Positions 48,950 to 62,361 of a DNA stretch of 64,000 bases are shown piece by piece. Position 1 is the stretch's first letter. The number at the start of each line of letters is the position of its first letter. Under the pieces are notes generated by a model. That model was not told the origin of the DNA, searched no databases, and saw only the letters and a program-made list of their open reading frames with translations. Origin of the DNA: Takakia lepidozioides (Eukaryota; Plantae; Bryophyta). The translations under genes and the position numbers were made by a program. Where the stretch lies: contig CM060733.1 in the NCBI GenBank assembly GCA_030704615.1, positions 63,984,001 through 64,048,000 on the forward strand, written 5' to 3'.

Positions 48950-51900
48950 TAGGTTGATGTGCATCTTACTGACAACATCAAGGTTGATGATGATGTGCCT
49001 CCTGAGCCTATGTCCGAAACTTTGTCTCCTGAGGACCAGATGCGTGATGGTAATGCAGTTCCTACCCAAGGGGTTGCTTCAGCTACTGGTAATGTGCCTA
49101 ACCTCAAAGGCATTTGTGATGTTATGGCTACCTTGTCTAGTTGTCCAGCTCTCATGCAGCTCTTTTTGGATAAACAAGTAGGTCCGACCCCAGAGACCAA
49201 GCCCAAGGATGTGCAACGCACCCACAAACGGCCATATCCTGACCCACCATCTTGACTATGAGGTGGGTCAAGACTTTGAAAACTTCCTCAATTTCTTTGA
49301 AATGAGTGTGAAGTTGAATGAACTACCAGCTACCATGATCATTGACTTGTTTCGTTTTTGCCTTAAAGGTGAGGCTCGTGATCTGTTTGAAGCTAACATT
49401 AAGGACCAGGGAGAATTGCGCTGGGAAGTGGCCAAGCAATTGGCACTCAAGTTGTTTCGTGTTACTACACCATGCCTGACAAGCCATATCAACCAGGTGA
49501 AAGCATATGGAAGTATTACACTGACCTCAAAACCACAGTGGTCAAGGCCATCCCAGTCCCTTCTGAACGCACTGTTATCCTAAAGACCTACTTCATTACT
49601 GGTTTACCTGCGTCCGACCAAGTCTATTTGCAAAAACACCCTTACCGTAATAAGAGGCACATGGTTGGAATGATGGATGAGCGATTGCGAAACATGCTAA
49701 GTTAAGTAAGACATGCACTCCCAACCCTCATTCTGCCCTGCAGCATGCTTCCAGATGTTTTCACGGGGTTGTTGTACCTAAGGGAGGATCTACAGAGCTA
49801 CCTTCCACATTACTGGAGGAAATGAAAAGCCTACAGCAAGAGCTCCACACTCAGCTTCAGGCTGTTTGGACTGAAGGCTCCTGGCGGTCATCACCGGCCA
49901 AGTCTTCCGCTTCAGAGTCCCATCGTGGACACACACACACACAGGCACAAGGTATGAGGTCAAAGGTAAACGTATGCCCTGCTTCATCTGTGGCTCACTT
50001 CTGCACATATGCAGATCTCGTTCCGGGCATGATAGAAAAATACAAGAAAGCTTAACGTGAATAGAAAGGGAAACAGCCTTTAAACGAGGCAGATCGTTTG
50101 TGAAGGGGCCGATGATCCCAAAACCCAACACCCTCCTAAAGGTACCTCTGTAGTCTCAGTGATGTTGTCCAATGAATTTAAATTGATGCAATATTGCGAG
50201 GCTAACAGAAAGTTGCACAGAGAAAGAGTTCACCCCTTCATGACCTAATGCCACATAGGGCATCTTTCATTTCCTTACGTTGTGGACACTGGCTGCACCA
50301 TGTCCGTTGTGCCACTGTCAGTTGTTAGACTACCTTGGTTTAAAGCTAACTCCCGCCATGGGTCTGCAGGTGACCATTGCAGATGGCACGCGCTATGAAC
50401 CACTTGGCTTGGTCACCATTCCTGTTAAGGTCAGTTGTAAGTCTGTTACACTGACTTGTATCATTACCATAGGGGAACAGTTGCTTTGGGCTTGGAATGG
50501 ATGTGTGCTGCAGGGGCCAAGATTGATGTGGTAGAGAACATCATGTGGCTTGCCAGTGGAACTTCCCCGCCCCACAAGGTGCAACTTAACTCTGCCTCCT
50601 TATCAGTAGGTTGTGCCACTGCCCATCTCTCTCACATGAGTGCCATTGCTGCTGAGGCCAAAAAACATGCTGGTGAGCAATACAATTGGACAAAGTATTT
50701 TAGCTTTGCCAAGACTACACCTTCTACATTGTATCAGTGGCAGCCACCCTTACCTGGTAAGAAGAGTGAAGCTCCCATTCCAATTCCAGGTAATACCACT
50801 CTTCTTCGTAATCCTGTTGATTTTGTTATTCTTGCATCTTCCCAAAAAACTGTTTCCCTTGGACTCACCTTTCTTTGTCCACAAGGTAGCTATCTTGAGG
50901 TTGAGGGATGGAAGTGCTTGATGCTTTCCAAGCATTGTTTGATTGCATCCGGGGTTTTGGACAAGGGCTTTAGAGGGGAGCTCCGCCTCTTTGTTGCTAA
51001 TCTTGAATGCATACCCATTACCATACTCAAGGGCCAGGTCTTGGCACGCCTCACTGCCACCCCTTTAGCAAATCTGGGGGAAGTCCAGCATGCATTTATA
51101 AGTTTTGCTAACATTGGCCTGTCTGATGACCCTGTAGATCACTTGGCTCTCTTGGCTCAAGCAGTGGTTGCGCCCAAGGTCAGCCCTCTCACCCCTACCC
51201 AATCTACTCATCTTGACCAGGTCTTGTGTGACATTAAAATGGGATCTAGCCTCACTGAAAGTGAAAGGACTCGTCTTTATAATGTCATTCGCGAAAATCT
51301 TGATGTTTTCAGTGCTGGTTCTCATGACTTAGGACGAACTGATGTTCTCAAGCATGACATTGTGACTGAGGGTAGCCATGTCAAGTAGTATGCCTACTGG
51401 GAAAGCGTCAAAGAGAGAGGCATTATGCAGAGTGAACTAACCAAGATGCTTGATGCAGGGGCCATTAAGCCATCTATTTCACCCTGGGCCAGTCCAATTG
51501 TCTTGGTTGCCAAGAAGGATGGCAGCACCCGTTTCTGTGTTGATTTCAGATGTCTCAACGCTTTGACAAAAAGAGATGTCTATCCCTAACCTTGTATCAA
51601 TGATACATTGGATCAACTCAATGGTGCTACTCTATTCTCTTCTTTGGCTTGCTGCGGGCTTTTGGCAGGTCCCTCTCACTGATTCCGCCAAGGAAAAGAC
51701 TGCCTACCTGTAAGATGGGTCTCTTTCAGTTTGAAACCATGCCCTTTGGGTTATGTAATGCCACTGCCACCTTTCAACGTCTCATGGATGTGGTGCTTGG
51801 GAACTTACGATGGGAGTGTACCTTAGTGTATGTTGATGACATCAATGTTTAGCCGACTTTGATTCTCATATGTTGGATTTGAAGCGTGTGTTGTGCAGAC

Positions 51901-53680
51901 TTCGAGGAACTGGCTTGAAAATGAAGGCCAAAAAGTGTGACCTTTGCACGACGGACCTTCACTTTCTTGGCCACCTGTTCTCTGCCAAAGGCATCCGCCC
52001 TGATCCTGCCAAAATCTAGGCAATTTGGGAGTATCCCACCCCTCGTGACAAGAATTGTGTCCGAGCCTTTCTTGGGTTAGCTTCTTACTACCGTCGCTTT
52101 ATCAAACACTTTGCTCACATTGCTGCTGCACTCAATCAGTTATTATGCAAAGACGTTCGGTTTCTGTGGGGGCGATCACAAATCACTGCCTTTGAAAAGC
52201 TCAAGATTGCTCTCATCAGTGCACCCACACTAGTTTTTCCTGATTTTTCCCAGCCATTCATCTTACAAACTGATGCATCTGACCTGGCTGTTTCAGCTAT
52301 TCTCTGTCAAAAGAGAGAAGGCAGGGAGCATGTGGTGGCCTATGCCTCTCGCCGGCTTGACAAGCATGAAAAGAATTATAGCAGTACCTACATGGGTGCC
52401 CCATTTTTGTTCAAACTGACCATCTACCTTTGAAGCTCTCAAGACCCCTCATAAGCTCTCAGGTCGCTTGGCTCGCTGGTCATTGACTCTTCAAATGTTC
52501 GAGTACGACATTCAATACAAGAAGGGCAAGGCCAACAACAATGTTGATGCTCTCACTCGAAGTGAGACTAAGTCTCCTGCCCCTTATGCTTCTTTGGATG
52601 ATCTTGCTAAATGTTTACCCTCTGCTGCCTCATCTTTGCCTTCCTCTGGTCTTGATGGTCCTGATTTGCTAGCCCTGTTGCCACTGTTCCTTGTTGCCAC
52701 TGTTCCTTCTACTCTACCTGATCTCATGTCAGAATGGGATTTATTTTCCTTTGTTGCTGGTTAGAGGACTAATAGAGTATTGCCCTGTTAGTGAGATCAT
52801 CCTCCAGATATGAGCACTCTCTTCCTTCTTTGGTGGCCTGTTGTTTTCTGCCAACTGCCCCTGTTTTGTCATGAATCCTCTCCATAAGGAGTTATGCTTA
52901 TGTGCTTCACTGCTTAGTCTGCATTCCCATGAAGTCACCTTTGCTATCCAGTTGAGCTGAGCCATGCCATGGAGTTCACTGAGGCGGACACTCCCTTGAT
53001 GCTCACACTAACCCAAGGGCTGGCTATGGCGGCTGCAGACATGGAAGATCTACTACACCCCCTTCTCCAGAAGTGTAAGACCAACACTCGTCCGTAGGGC
53101 CTCTCCTCCCGTCTCCTCAGGTAAGTCAACTATCATCCTCCCTCTCATAGGGAGCATGACGGTAAGTTGCTTAAGGTAGCTCATGTTCTTGGGCAGGAGA
53201 GTGATGTGGAGATCCCTACTAGGAGCTTTATGCCTGTGTTGCTCGAGCTTTACCATAGCTCTCTTTATGCTAGTCATCTGGGTATTGACAAAACTGTTAA
53301 ACGACTCCAGGAAAAGTACCATTGGAAGGGGTTAACTAAGGATGTGGCGGATTTCATTGCTAAGTGTGTTCCATGTAAGTCTAAAACCCTGCTGCCTAGG
53401 ACCGTGGCTCCTCTTAACCTTCAACCAATTCCTATAACTAAGATGTTTGCCAGGGTTGGTCTTCATCTTGTCGGTCCTCTCAAAACTACGACCAAGGGCA
53501 ATAGCTATATAGGTGTGGCTACTGACTAGCTGTCCAAGTGGGTTGAGATCTGACCATTGGTTGCTAAGGACAACGACGAGGTGGTTCAATTCTTTTTTGA
53601 TGAAATCTTGTTACGTCATGGTTGACCCCTTGAAATCCTCACTGACCAGGGTACAGAGTTTTGTAACCAGTTGATGGCAC
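48950..53680 (+). mobile_element. Degenerate Ty3/Gypsy internal region with a dUTPase-like domain between protease and RT
   Basis: Gag-like 49200-50050; protease VVDTGCTMSVV (~50280); dUTPase-like 50780-51060; [32 protein letters not shown]; RNase H LQTDASD; integrase HLG..CVPC, LVGPL, LTDQGTEF; many stops; no LTR pair found. Confidence 0.92.
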
Positions 53681-53689
53681 GGAGGCAGA

Positions 53690-54960
53690 GCGTCCCGTGG
53701 CTACCAAGATCTCATTTCATCCATCAACCCGCACTGGTTAGCTATCCTTGGATCAGGCCCTTCCGAACCATTGGACAATACTTGGGCTCTGGCTATCCAC
53801 CAGGGTCAGTTATCCATCCTATTCGTTCAATATGTAGAGCCATAGCAGCTCACTGTCGTCTCCTTTGACATTAACAAAAACACGCTAGTGCTCACTCTAT
53901 CATCCATCCTTCCATAGTTTATTTGGCCCATCCCTTTAACCCCGATTCAAATCTGCTGCTGGACCTCTCTAGATGAAGCCTTCAACCCAGTTCCCCCCTT
54001 GACAATTGTAATTCAAGCCTGGCTGGCCACTAATACATTCGTATGGATTCTTGGAAGGCCCTTGGCAGAACTTGACATTGATCCGGCAGAATGGTCCTGG
54101 AGTTTCACCAGATCGCCAGACCCCTTCTTTACTTACACAACAAAAAGAGGGTACAAGGTTCTTTCAAAAACACAACCTATGAAGGCAAAATGGGATCTGA
54201 AATGGGAAACCCATGGATTTCGAGATGAGAAGTGGTCGGTCATCTGGAGCTCAGTGTGGATCAAGTCTCGCCCAGCCAAGATTTCAGCCTTTCTATGGCA
54301 AGTAGCAAATAGAGTTCTCAAGGTAGGTGAGTGGCTCCAGTTCCAGGCATCTGTCCTGTGTGCATGTTGCTCCACCGTTGTGCAGGAAACCCTGGAGCAC
54401 TGTCTGCTTCACTGCCAAGCACCATCCAAGATATGGCCTCTGGTCGAATCGTTATACCTTAACTGGAACCCCAAAACCCTCTCTGAAACCCACTTGCTCC
54501 TTAACTATGACCAGAATACCAAAAACAAAGCGGTCAGTTGTCTAGTCTTCGAAACCCTCAGAGGATCGATGTTATGGCACCTCTGGAAATCCGTTGTAAG
54601 AACACCTTCTCTGGAAGTACCACCACGGTATCTTCGCTCCTCTCTAGTGTTTTTTACGATCTCCAGACTGAAAAGCTTGGGATAAAACTTGTGCAGATAT
54701 GGACCGAAATTCCCAATGTGCACTTCAGATCCATGCAGCATTCTGCAAGTCATGGGGCCGCCTCGGTATCATCTGCCACTCTCCCACACAAGACGAATGC
54801 TTCTGGACCGAGCTCCCTCCACCAACATGGCGCGACCTTCGAGTCCCCCTCCACATTTTCGTCGGAATTTGAGAGAGATGTCAACTGGAAACATCTCAAA
54901 ACTTCATCCAAGGCCTCAAGGCTCAATTACTCTTAGATCTTTCTGCTTTAGGAAAGATCA
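53690..54960 (+). mobile_element. L1-like LINE 3' fragment (zf-RVT region)
   Basis: KISAFLWQVANRVL..CACC...ETLEHCLLHC; LWHLWK. Confidence 0.85.
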
Positions 54961-56285
54961 ATACAAGATCTATGTTCTCTACTTTTCAGTATATTTACGC
55001 AAGGTCAATGATCTGTTTGTTCATAGGCCACCAGTTTCCTGCTCACATTTAAGGGGTCTTCTCTCTCGGCCCACATTAGTTTCCTCAAAATCCACCTTTG
55101 GGCGGATGCATGGCTCTTATTACACTGATTACGGTGTGTGTGCCTTATGGCTTAATCCGGTGTGTGTGCCTTATGGCTTAATCCGGGGTTTTAATTTTTT
55201 TCCCCATAATAATTTTCAGTAATAAAATTAATCAGAGCTGTTACCCCCTGTTCCTGAAAAAATAATAATAATAATAATAGAGAAAAGGCCGGTTGGAGAT
55301 GGGGCCAGAAAGTTCTAGAAACCGTTGGGGCTGGGATATCCGGGACGGGTGACCCCGCGGAAGGGCCCGCCCGCCTTCTGAACGGGTGCGAGTACAACGG
55401 AACACTGAAATACCGGGATCCCACGTGTTATATCATTCTACCTCCGACCAATGGTCCCTGTAACCGACCTCCGGTCAGTGAAAAAAGAACCGTTGGATTA
55501 GGGGACAGAGAGCAGGGCTGGCAGCCTTCTTCATCTGCCTTCTGTGAGCTCCTCCATAGCTGAGGTTTGCATCCTCTGTGTCCACTATTGACGATCGTTC
55601 TGCGCTACACGTCTCAGAGCTCTATCAAGGTGTTGAATTGTGTAGTATCTGATCCGTTTTCCTTGTCTTCTCGCTCGGCTCCCTCGTTATCACGCTGCTC
55701 TGCTGCTGTGTACGGTTTTTCGGCAGTTGCGGAGTTCGCTGCCACTGGCTGGCCGTCTCTTTGGTTGGGATTTGACGTAGGAAAGTGTTTCGCTTCATAC
55801 TCAATCCCAGTGCATGTGTTTTGCAGCATTCATCTCCAACTCTTTTGGAGAACGTTTTTCTCCTCTTTGCCTCTGCTTAGTCATGCGGAGAGGAATCCTT
55901 CCTGTGCATAGAGAATGAGACGAAATTAGATTTGTGGAGACAAGAACTTTTTGCATCTGTATCACTCATCTCAGTAGCGTTTGATTGGATTTTCATGTGC
56001 AAATAGCACGGAAGCTTAGATCCGCAAATTGTTTGAAATCCAAGTGATGGGAGCAATGGTCTTGCCGGTCTGGTGACTGTTCTGTGTGTCTTTTATGTTG
56101 GCGAAATTGTTCGGCTTGTCTTTACGTTGAGCTTGTGGTTAAGTTTATGGAGGTCATCCTTGGAGGATTAGGGAGCTTCGGACAACTGAGGACTTACCTG
56201 TCACGGGTCGGGTGAGATACACCTAGGTAACAGTGTGAAGCAGGGAGAACGGCTTACAGCGGGCGGAGGGAAAAGCTTGGAATCT

Positions 56286-59098
56286 ATGGTTGGTCCAGCC
56301 TTACAGATTGGGCTTGAGGGCACTTTGGAAAGACAGGACGAGCAGCATGGGGATAAGCATCGGCATCTTACATATCCTCGAGCCACCTCTCAGCAAAGAC
56401 AGCCCGTAAAGCATCAATCGGCAGACGCAGGGAAGAAAGGTAGTGAAAATGCCGGAAAGGCTGTAGATCAGAGTGTCGGGACAGAGGTGTCTGAAAGGTG
56501 CGGCATCGCGCTGGCTTCGCCATCTGGGAGACTATCACATTCCAATCTTGATCGTTTTTTGGAAGTTACAACCCCCACCGTACATCCTCATTATCTACCC
56601 AAGGTATGCCCTACTGGTTTCGCACGGTATTTCAATCTACGCAATGGCATGCGAAAGGTCGGTCTAACGGATGACTCGTGAGGGTAATTGTACTTGATTT
56701 TTAAGGTCATCAACTTGTTGAGACGCAGTATCGCCATCTGTAGAGCCATCCGGGTACTCGGATGGCTGGATCCGTGCTTATTAGCATTTAATCAGCTGCT
56801 ACCAAGGGAGTTCATCTTCTTAGAAACCTCCTCACTCCCGCTGTCTCCGCTTGGAAGTGGTAGGTGTGCTATGCAGTGTTGCCTTGGGCACTTAGCAAAC
56901 ACGAGGAAATCGTCGCCATATCAGATGATGGGAGCAGCCGTAGGCAATGCGCTTCTCTTTCTGAATTGTTTGACTTGATGCTTGTCCAGGAGATGTCTGT
57001 AGAGCTCTTGTCACTAACTATTATCCATCTGGTATTCCTTGACATGCTCCGTTATTATTCTACGTAATCCTTGATGACTTTCTCTGCCAATTACAAATGG
57101 AACTGTCCATGTGCGAGTATAGGAGCATATTGATCTTCTCGGTGCCTTCACATGCAGACTTGTCTGCGAGATGCAGCGCAGAAGAGGTGGTTGCCATGCG
57201 AAGCGGAATCTACGCCCTACTTCTTTCTGGGGGATCTATGGGCCTCCTTTGATGAGTGGAGTGCTTACGGGGCAGGCGTCCCAATCGTTTTGAATGGGAA
57301 CGAGAGTGTAGTTCAGTACTACGTACCATACCTGTCGGCTCTCCAGCTGTACACACGCTCGGAGAGAAGTCCATACGTGCATTTCAGGTAAGCTCCTTGG
57401 AAGTCAAGCTTTTTATGCATAAGATGTCTTTCTTTAGCATATCCATTCTTTTCCCTCTGCAGCTCGTATTTTGTCTGTTCCTGTCAGATCTTGGAAGGGT
57501 GAGGGTTCAGTGCTCTCTCCAGGAACGGTCCTTTGAGTCATTGAGCTCCTATGATTGGTAGTAAGACAGTATGAGATTGTTGTGTATTCCCTCCTTCATC
57601 CAGGCGTTGTGGGGAGGAAAGTGATGCAAGCGATGGTGAGTTCCGGGATACAAGCAGTGAGAACAGCAGTGATGGTGAAAATGAGAGGCCATTGGGGCAT
57701 GGGAGGACTTTTCGATGTCGAGGCCTCAAGGGAACAGATAATTCAAGCTTGTGTAGTTCTTTGGGAAGCAATTCGAGGTTGGATTGTTTGGTCACTGGAT
57801 CCGCAGATCAGAGGGGAGAGTTCATCATTGATGACGACGAATCATCTCAGGAGGGAGAGATGGATCATCTTTTTTACCAGTACTTCGAGGGAGCTCCACC
57901 CTACAGTCGAGTCCCTCTTACAGATAAGGTAGGAATTTGCCAGCTGTGAGGCTGGTTGTCCCTCATGCAGCAATTTGAGATTTTTTTGCACATCCTTGAA
58001 AAGTTGGGAGATGATCTGTACTCTCTATGTATGATTGAAATCCCCTAGTCAGCAGCCTCCAAATATGACTGTGTGTGCACAAGTTCTCAAGTTTTCATGA
58101 GAATTTTGAGTGCGGACTGTTCCTCTGGCTTGACATTCTGTCCGAACCCTGTTGCGCAGCGAATGCTAGATATGTTTCATGACTTTTTTGTTACCTGTTA
58201 GTGGCGCTGTCGTGACGAGTCTTGAATGCTTCTTGCAGATTGCAGATCTGGCCCGAGATAATCCTGAGCTGTTGTCCCTCCGTAGCCTGGATCTTCTGCC
58301 ATCTAGCTGGATGTCCGTGGCTTGGTATGCCCACGTTTTGTCCTTGAAGATTGTGTGCTACCAATCCCTTTCGTGTTTTTGTCTGTTCAATTGAATGTAA
58401 GCAGTTGATGGGGTTTTGTTTTGTAGTATTGCTGACAGTTGGAGTTTACCAGGTACCCTATCTACCGGATTCCCACTGGACCCACATTACGTGACCTAGC
58501 AGCGTGCTTCCTCACATTCCACCATCTATCAACGCCTCTGCAAGGTGCTTCAGGTGAGACCTTTCTGGTGCAACAGTGTTTTGGCATTAGTAATGATTGC
58601 GGGTATGGATTGGCTTGGTGTTCGATTAGATGTCAATTTATCTTGTCTGCATCTCCTTGTCTGTGCACAATTTCAGAGTTACAAATGTATTTTAGAGTGG
58701 CACCTAAACACTCAAAAGGGTATTTCAGAAGTTTTAAGAGCTTGATATTGTCACGACAATTTGAAACTATGCAGCGCCAGGTATGTGTATGTGCTCTGAT
58801 ACTGTCAAAATGGTTTACGGTGACAGATGGTTCTACAGGTGCTTCTCTGAGGCAATTTGCAAATGGCAGTGAAGCTTGTGAGATCCCTGCCATGTGTGTT
58901 CGCAACTCTGAGAAGCTAATGTTGCGTGCCTTTGGGCTTGCTTCTTACAAACTGCGAGGTGCCATTTGGACGTCCAACTCAGAACGTCGATACGCCACGT
59001 CTCTTCAGAACTCTGCGGATGTGTGGCTGAAGCAGCTACATGTGCAGCACCCTGATTTTGATTTCTTCCTTTCTCACAATACCTCCACTCGACGTTGA
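56286..59098 (+). CDS. DUF789 family plant protein; predicted exons 56286-56603, 57158-57387, 57604-57928, 58239-58324, 58453-58553, 58827-59098
   Basis: [104 protein letters not shown]; GT-AG junctions keep the frame. Confidence 0.92.
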
Positions 59099-60054
59099 GT
59101 GTGGGCTACCTTTGTACTAATATGTGTGTACGGTCCTTTGTTACCATGGTCAGAAACAAGCGACCATGCGAGTTGAAAGAACATTACATCCAGCAATATC
59201 TTAATGGCAATTTTACAACGTTGCCATGTTACTTGTGCAAATCCAGTTGCACTTTCTGCACGGCATTTTGAGATGACCGGTTCAGCATGAATTTGATCTG
59301 TTCTTATGTCTTGGAAAACTGAAAAAAGGCAGAAAAGCAGAAAACACTGAAAACATGTAGAGAGTTTGTTCAATGTCAGTTTTTAAGGTAGTGACGGGGT
59401 AGAGGGGAAGTGTCTGCAGCATCTCTCACAGGCTTTTGCAAAGGGCAGAGCTTCGGGATATTTGTAGATCTTTCGGATAGTACTGGTGAATTGCAATTGT
59501 TTGGTAGAGAGTTATTCAGGGAAGCTCAAGAGGAACGGAGCAAATGCCTACAGCAGAGTATCCTTCCTCTTTGTAGCATCATGTTAGACACTTGCAGTTC
59601 AGTCTTTTTTGTAGCTGAGTACTTGGAAGCTTTTTGAATTCCCGAGTACTCAAGACATTTTGGCTCCTCAGAAGTGGGGAAGAAGGATACTTGGTGACTT
59701 TCTGTCATGTCTTGTAAATGTTGAAATCCCATGTCAAGCGGTAGCGGGCTTCTCTACCACACTCAATCTGTTGGTTCTGCTTTAACAGTGGTCATGTTTC
59801 AATTTGTATGTTGTGCTGAGAGTGAATCTCTGTTGTCAGGGTAGGACTCGGATTGAAGTCTTGCTCAAATCTGAAAGTAAATGGGCGCAACTGAATGTTT
59901 GTAGGAATCTGCGAGGTGGGGTAATTGTAGTCACTTATGCAAGTAGTCTAGAAAGATTGCATTTAGTTCTCTTGTTGAGTTACTGTGAAGGTCTGATATT
60001 CTATGTTCATGCTACCACATTTAGTTGTGCATCAATGGCTTGACTTCTCCTGTG

Positions 60055-62110
60055 ATCACTCCGTGAATTTCCTTGATTGCCACTTTATAGTTCCCTCCTT
60101 GCTGTCCCTCAAAATCTGAATTCCAAGTAGGTAGTTCGCGGCTCCAAGATGAACCATCTCAAAGGTATTACTCAACTTTATAGTTCCCTCCTTGTCCCTC
60201 AAAATCTGATTTCCAAGTAGGTAGTTCATGGCTTCAAGATGAACCATCTCGAAGGTATTGCTCAATCCAGGCTCCTGCCTGCGCATGGTATCCTTATTGT
60301 TGCAGTAGCAGGTCATCCACATAGAGTGCTATTATCATGACTCCTGATGTCATGTATAAATGCTTTGATCAGCTGCACTCCTTACAAAACCTTTGCTCAT
60401 CAAGTAGCTATTGATCTTCTCATATTATGTCCTTGAAGCCTGTTTGAGTCCATACAAAGATTTCTTGAGCTGAGACACCTTATCACCTTCTTGGAAGCCT
60501 TCTCGTTGTTTCATGTGGATCTCCTCCTGGAGATCCCTGTTCAAGAATGCAGTCTTCATGTCTATTTGTTCTTCATCCCTCTCATGCTTCGCTGCCAATA
60601 CCAGTAAACATCAGATGGAGGTGTACTTTGCCACCGGGGCAAAAGTCTCATTGTATCAAGTCTTGAAGTCTGTGTGAATCCTTTGGCTACAAGTCTGGCC
60701 TTGTACTGCACTACTTCTTTGTTGGGTCCTCTTTTCACTTTGAAACCCACTTGCTTGCCTTTCTACCTTTAGGGAGCGTTACCAGCTTCCATTTCTGGTT
60801 TTTCTTCAGAGGTTTCATCTCCTCAGTACAACTTCCTCCCACTTACTGACATCATCCCTTGCCAATGTGTCTTTGAGAGTGGCTGGCTCTTCAGCCTCCC
60901 TTGAACCTGCTGCACTGATTTCTTCACCAAGGGCATGGAAATAACTTTCCATCTGCCCTATGTCATCCATAGTCAGGCCAGTAAATTCTTCTGCCACATT
61001 AACTCCAATTTGCTGATCCTTCCTGACCTTGTAGGCCCTGCATCCTTATCCAGTGGATCTTCATCCCGATCTTCGGAATCTTGATCCTTGTCTGGTATCT
61101 TGCCACCTTCTCCCTTTGAGTGTAGATCCTTAGTCTTGTTGTTCCCTTTCTTCTACCCCCACATTGGGGATTGTCAAAGGGACGGACAAATCCTTGGGAG
61201 TTGATTCTTTCCGAAAACTATCCTCACCAAATATGACTCTACTCTAATTGACCTCTTGGTTCTAGGATTGTAGAGCTTGTACCCTTCTTATCCTAGATCG
61301 TACCTGATGAAGAGGCATCTTTCTGACTTGGCATCCAGCTTGCTCCTTTACCCGTCAGGTATCAAAGCATAAGCAGCACAACCAAAAACTCTTAGATGCT
61401 TTCTTCCCACTCCATGCCTCCTCTGGAATCATGTCCTTCAAAGCTCACATGGGACTCAAATTTTTGAGATATGTGGCGGTGTTGATGGCGCTCCCCAGAA
61501 CTCTGGTCCAAGGCGCTTGATGTCTGCATCATACATCTAGCCTTCTCAACCAATGTTCTGCTTATTCTCTCTGCCACTCGATTCTGGGCTGGACTGTCCC
61601 TGGCTGTTACTTTGCTCTTTATGCCTTTCTCAGCAAGATAGCTCTTGAATTCCTGATTTAGGAACTCTCCCCCTCCATCACTCCTAAGAACCTTGACTTT
61701 CAGGTCTCACTGATTTTCCACTTCATACGCAAATTCTTGAAAGTATCCAGCACTTGTCCTTTTTCTCTCAAGACAACATCAATGGGAGGATCTAGGTATT
61801 TTGTCACCTTCACTGCTTACATGAGTAGAAAGAGCTTGTACGTCTTGATGGGGCCACACACATCCGTGTGTATCTCCTTCAGCCCTTCCTTGGCTCTTGT
61901 GTCGGATTCCTTGGGCATGGGTGACTTGTGCTGTTCTCTAGCTCATCCTTCACAGAACTGTAGCTCATGTGACCAGCACACACTTCTGCCCCAATGCCAA
62001 TTCTGGAAGGTCCTTGGACGCAAGGGAAGTAGTCTGTACCCCAGCTGATGTCAAAATGATGTGATTTGATGTATGCAGAGTTGCTTCTTTGATCTGCAAT
62101 AAACAAGGCC
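60055..62110 (-). mobile_element. Heavily degraded Ty1/Copia fragment (integrase and RT)
   Basis: YKARLVAKGFTQ, DMKTAFLN, LKKSLYGLKQ, LRSDGGGEF, VAERISRTLVEKARCM. Confidence 0.88.
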
Positions 62111-62361
62111 ATCTGTGGGTTGGGTGGGTGTGAAGCTAGAGCTGGTGTGAGTTTTGTGCTTTAGTAAATTTTGATTAATGTGCTGTGCTAGTGTCAAAGA
62201 TCTGCAATGAATGGCAGCGCCCGCTCCACAAGAATGCCTTTGGGAGGGTCGGTCACGTATCCATCTCGAGGACGAAGGTGGGGATCATATACTTACTACT
62301 TGATGCAGGGTTGAAAGAAGCAAGCAAAAGCAAATGGTCAGTAGACCTGACGACTTGGGGG

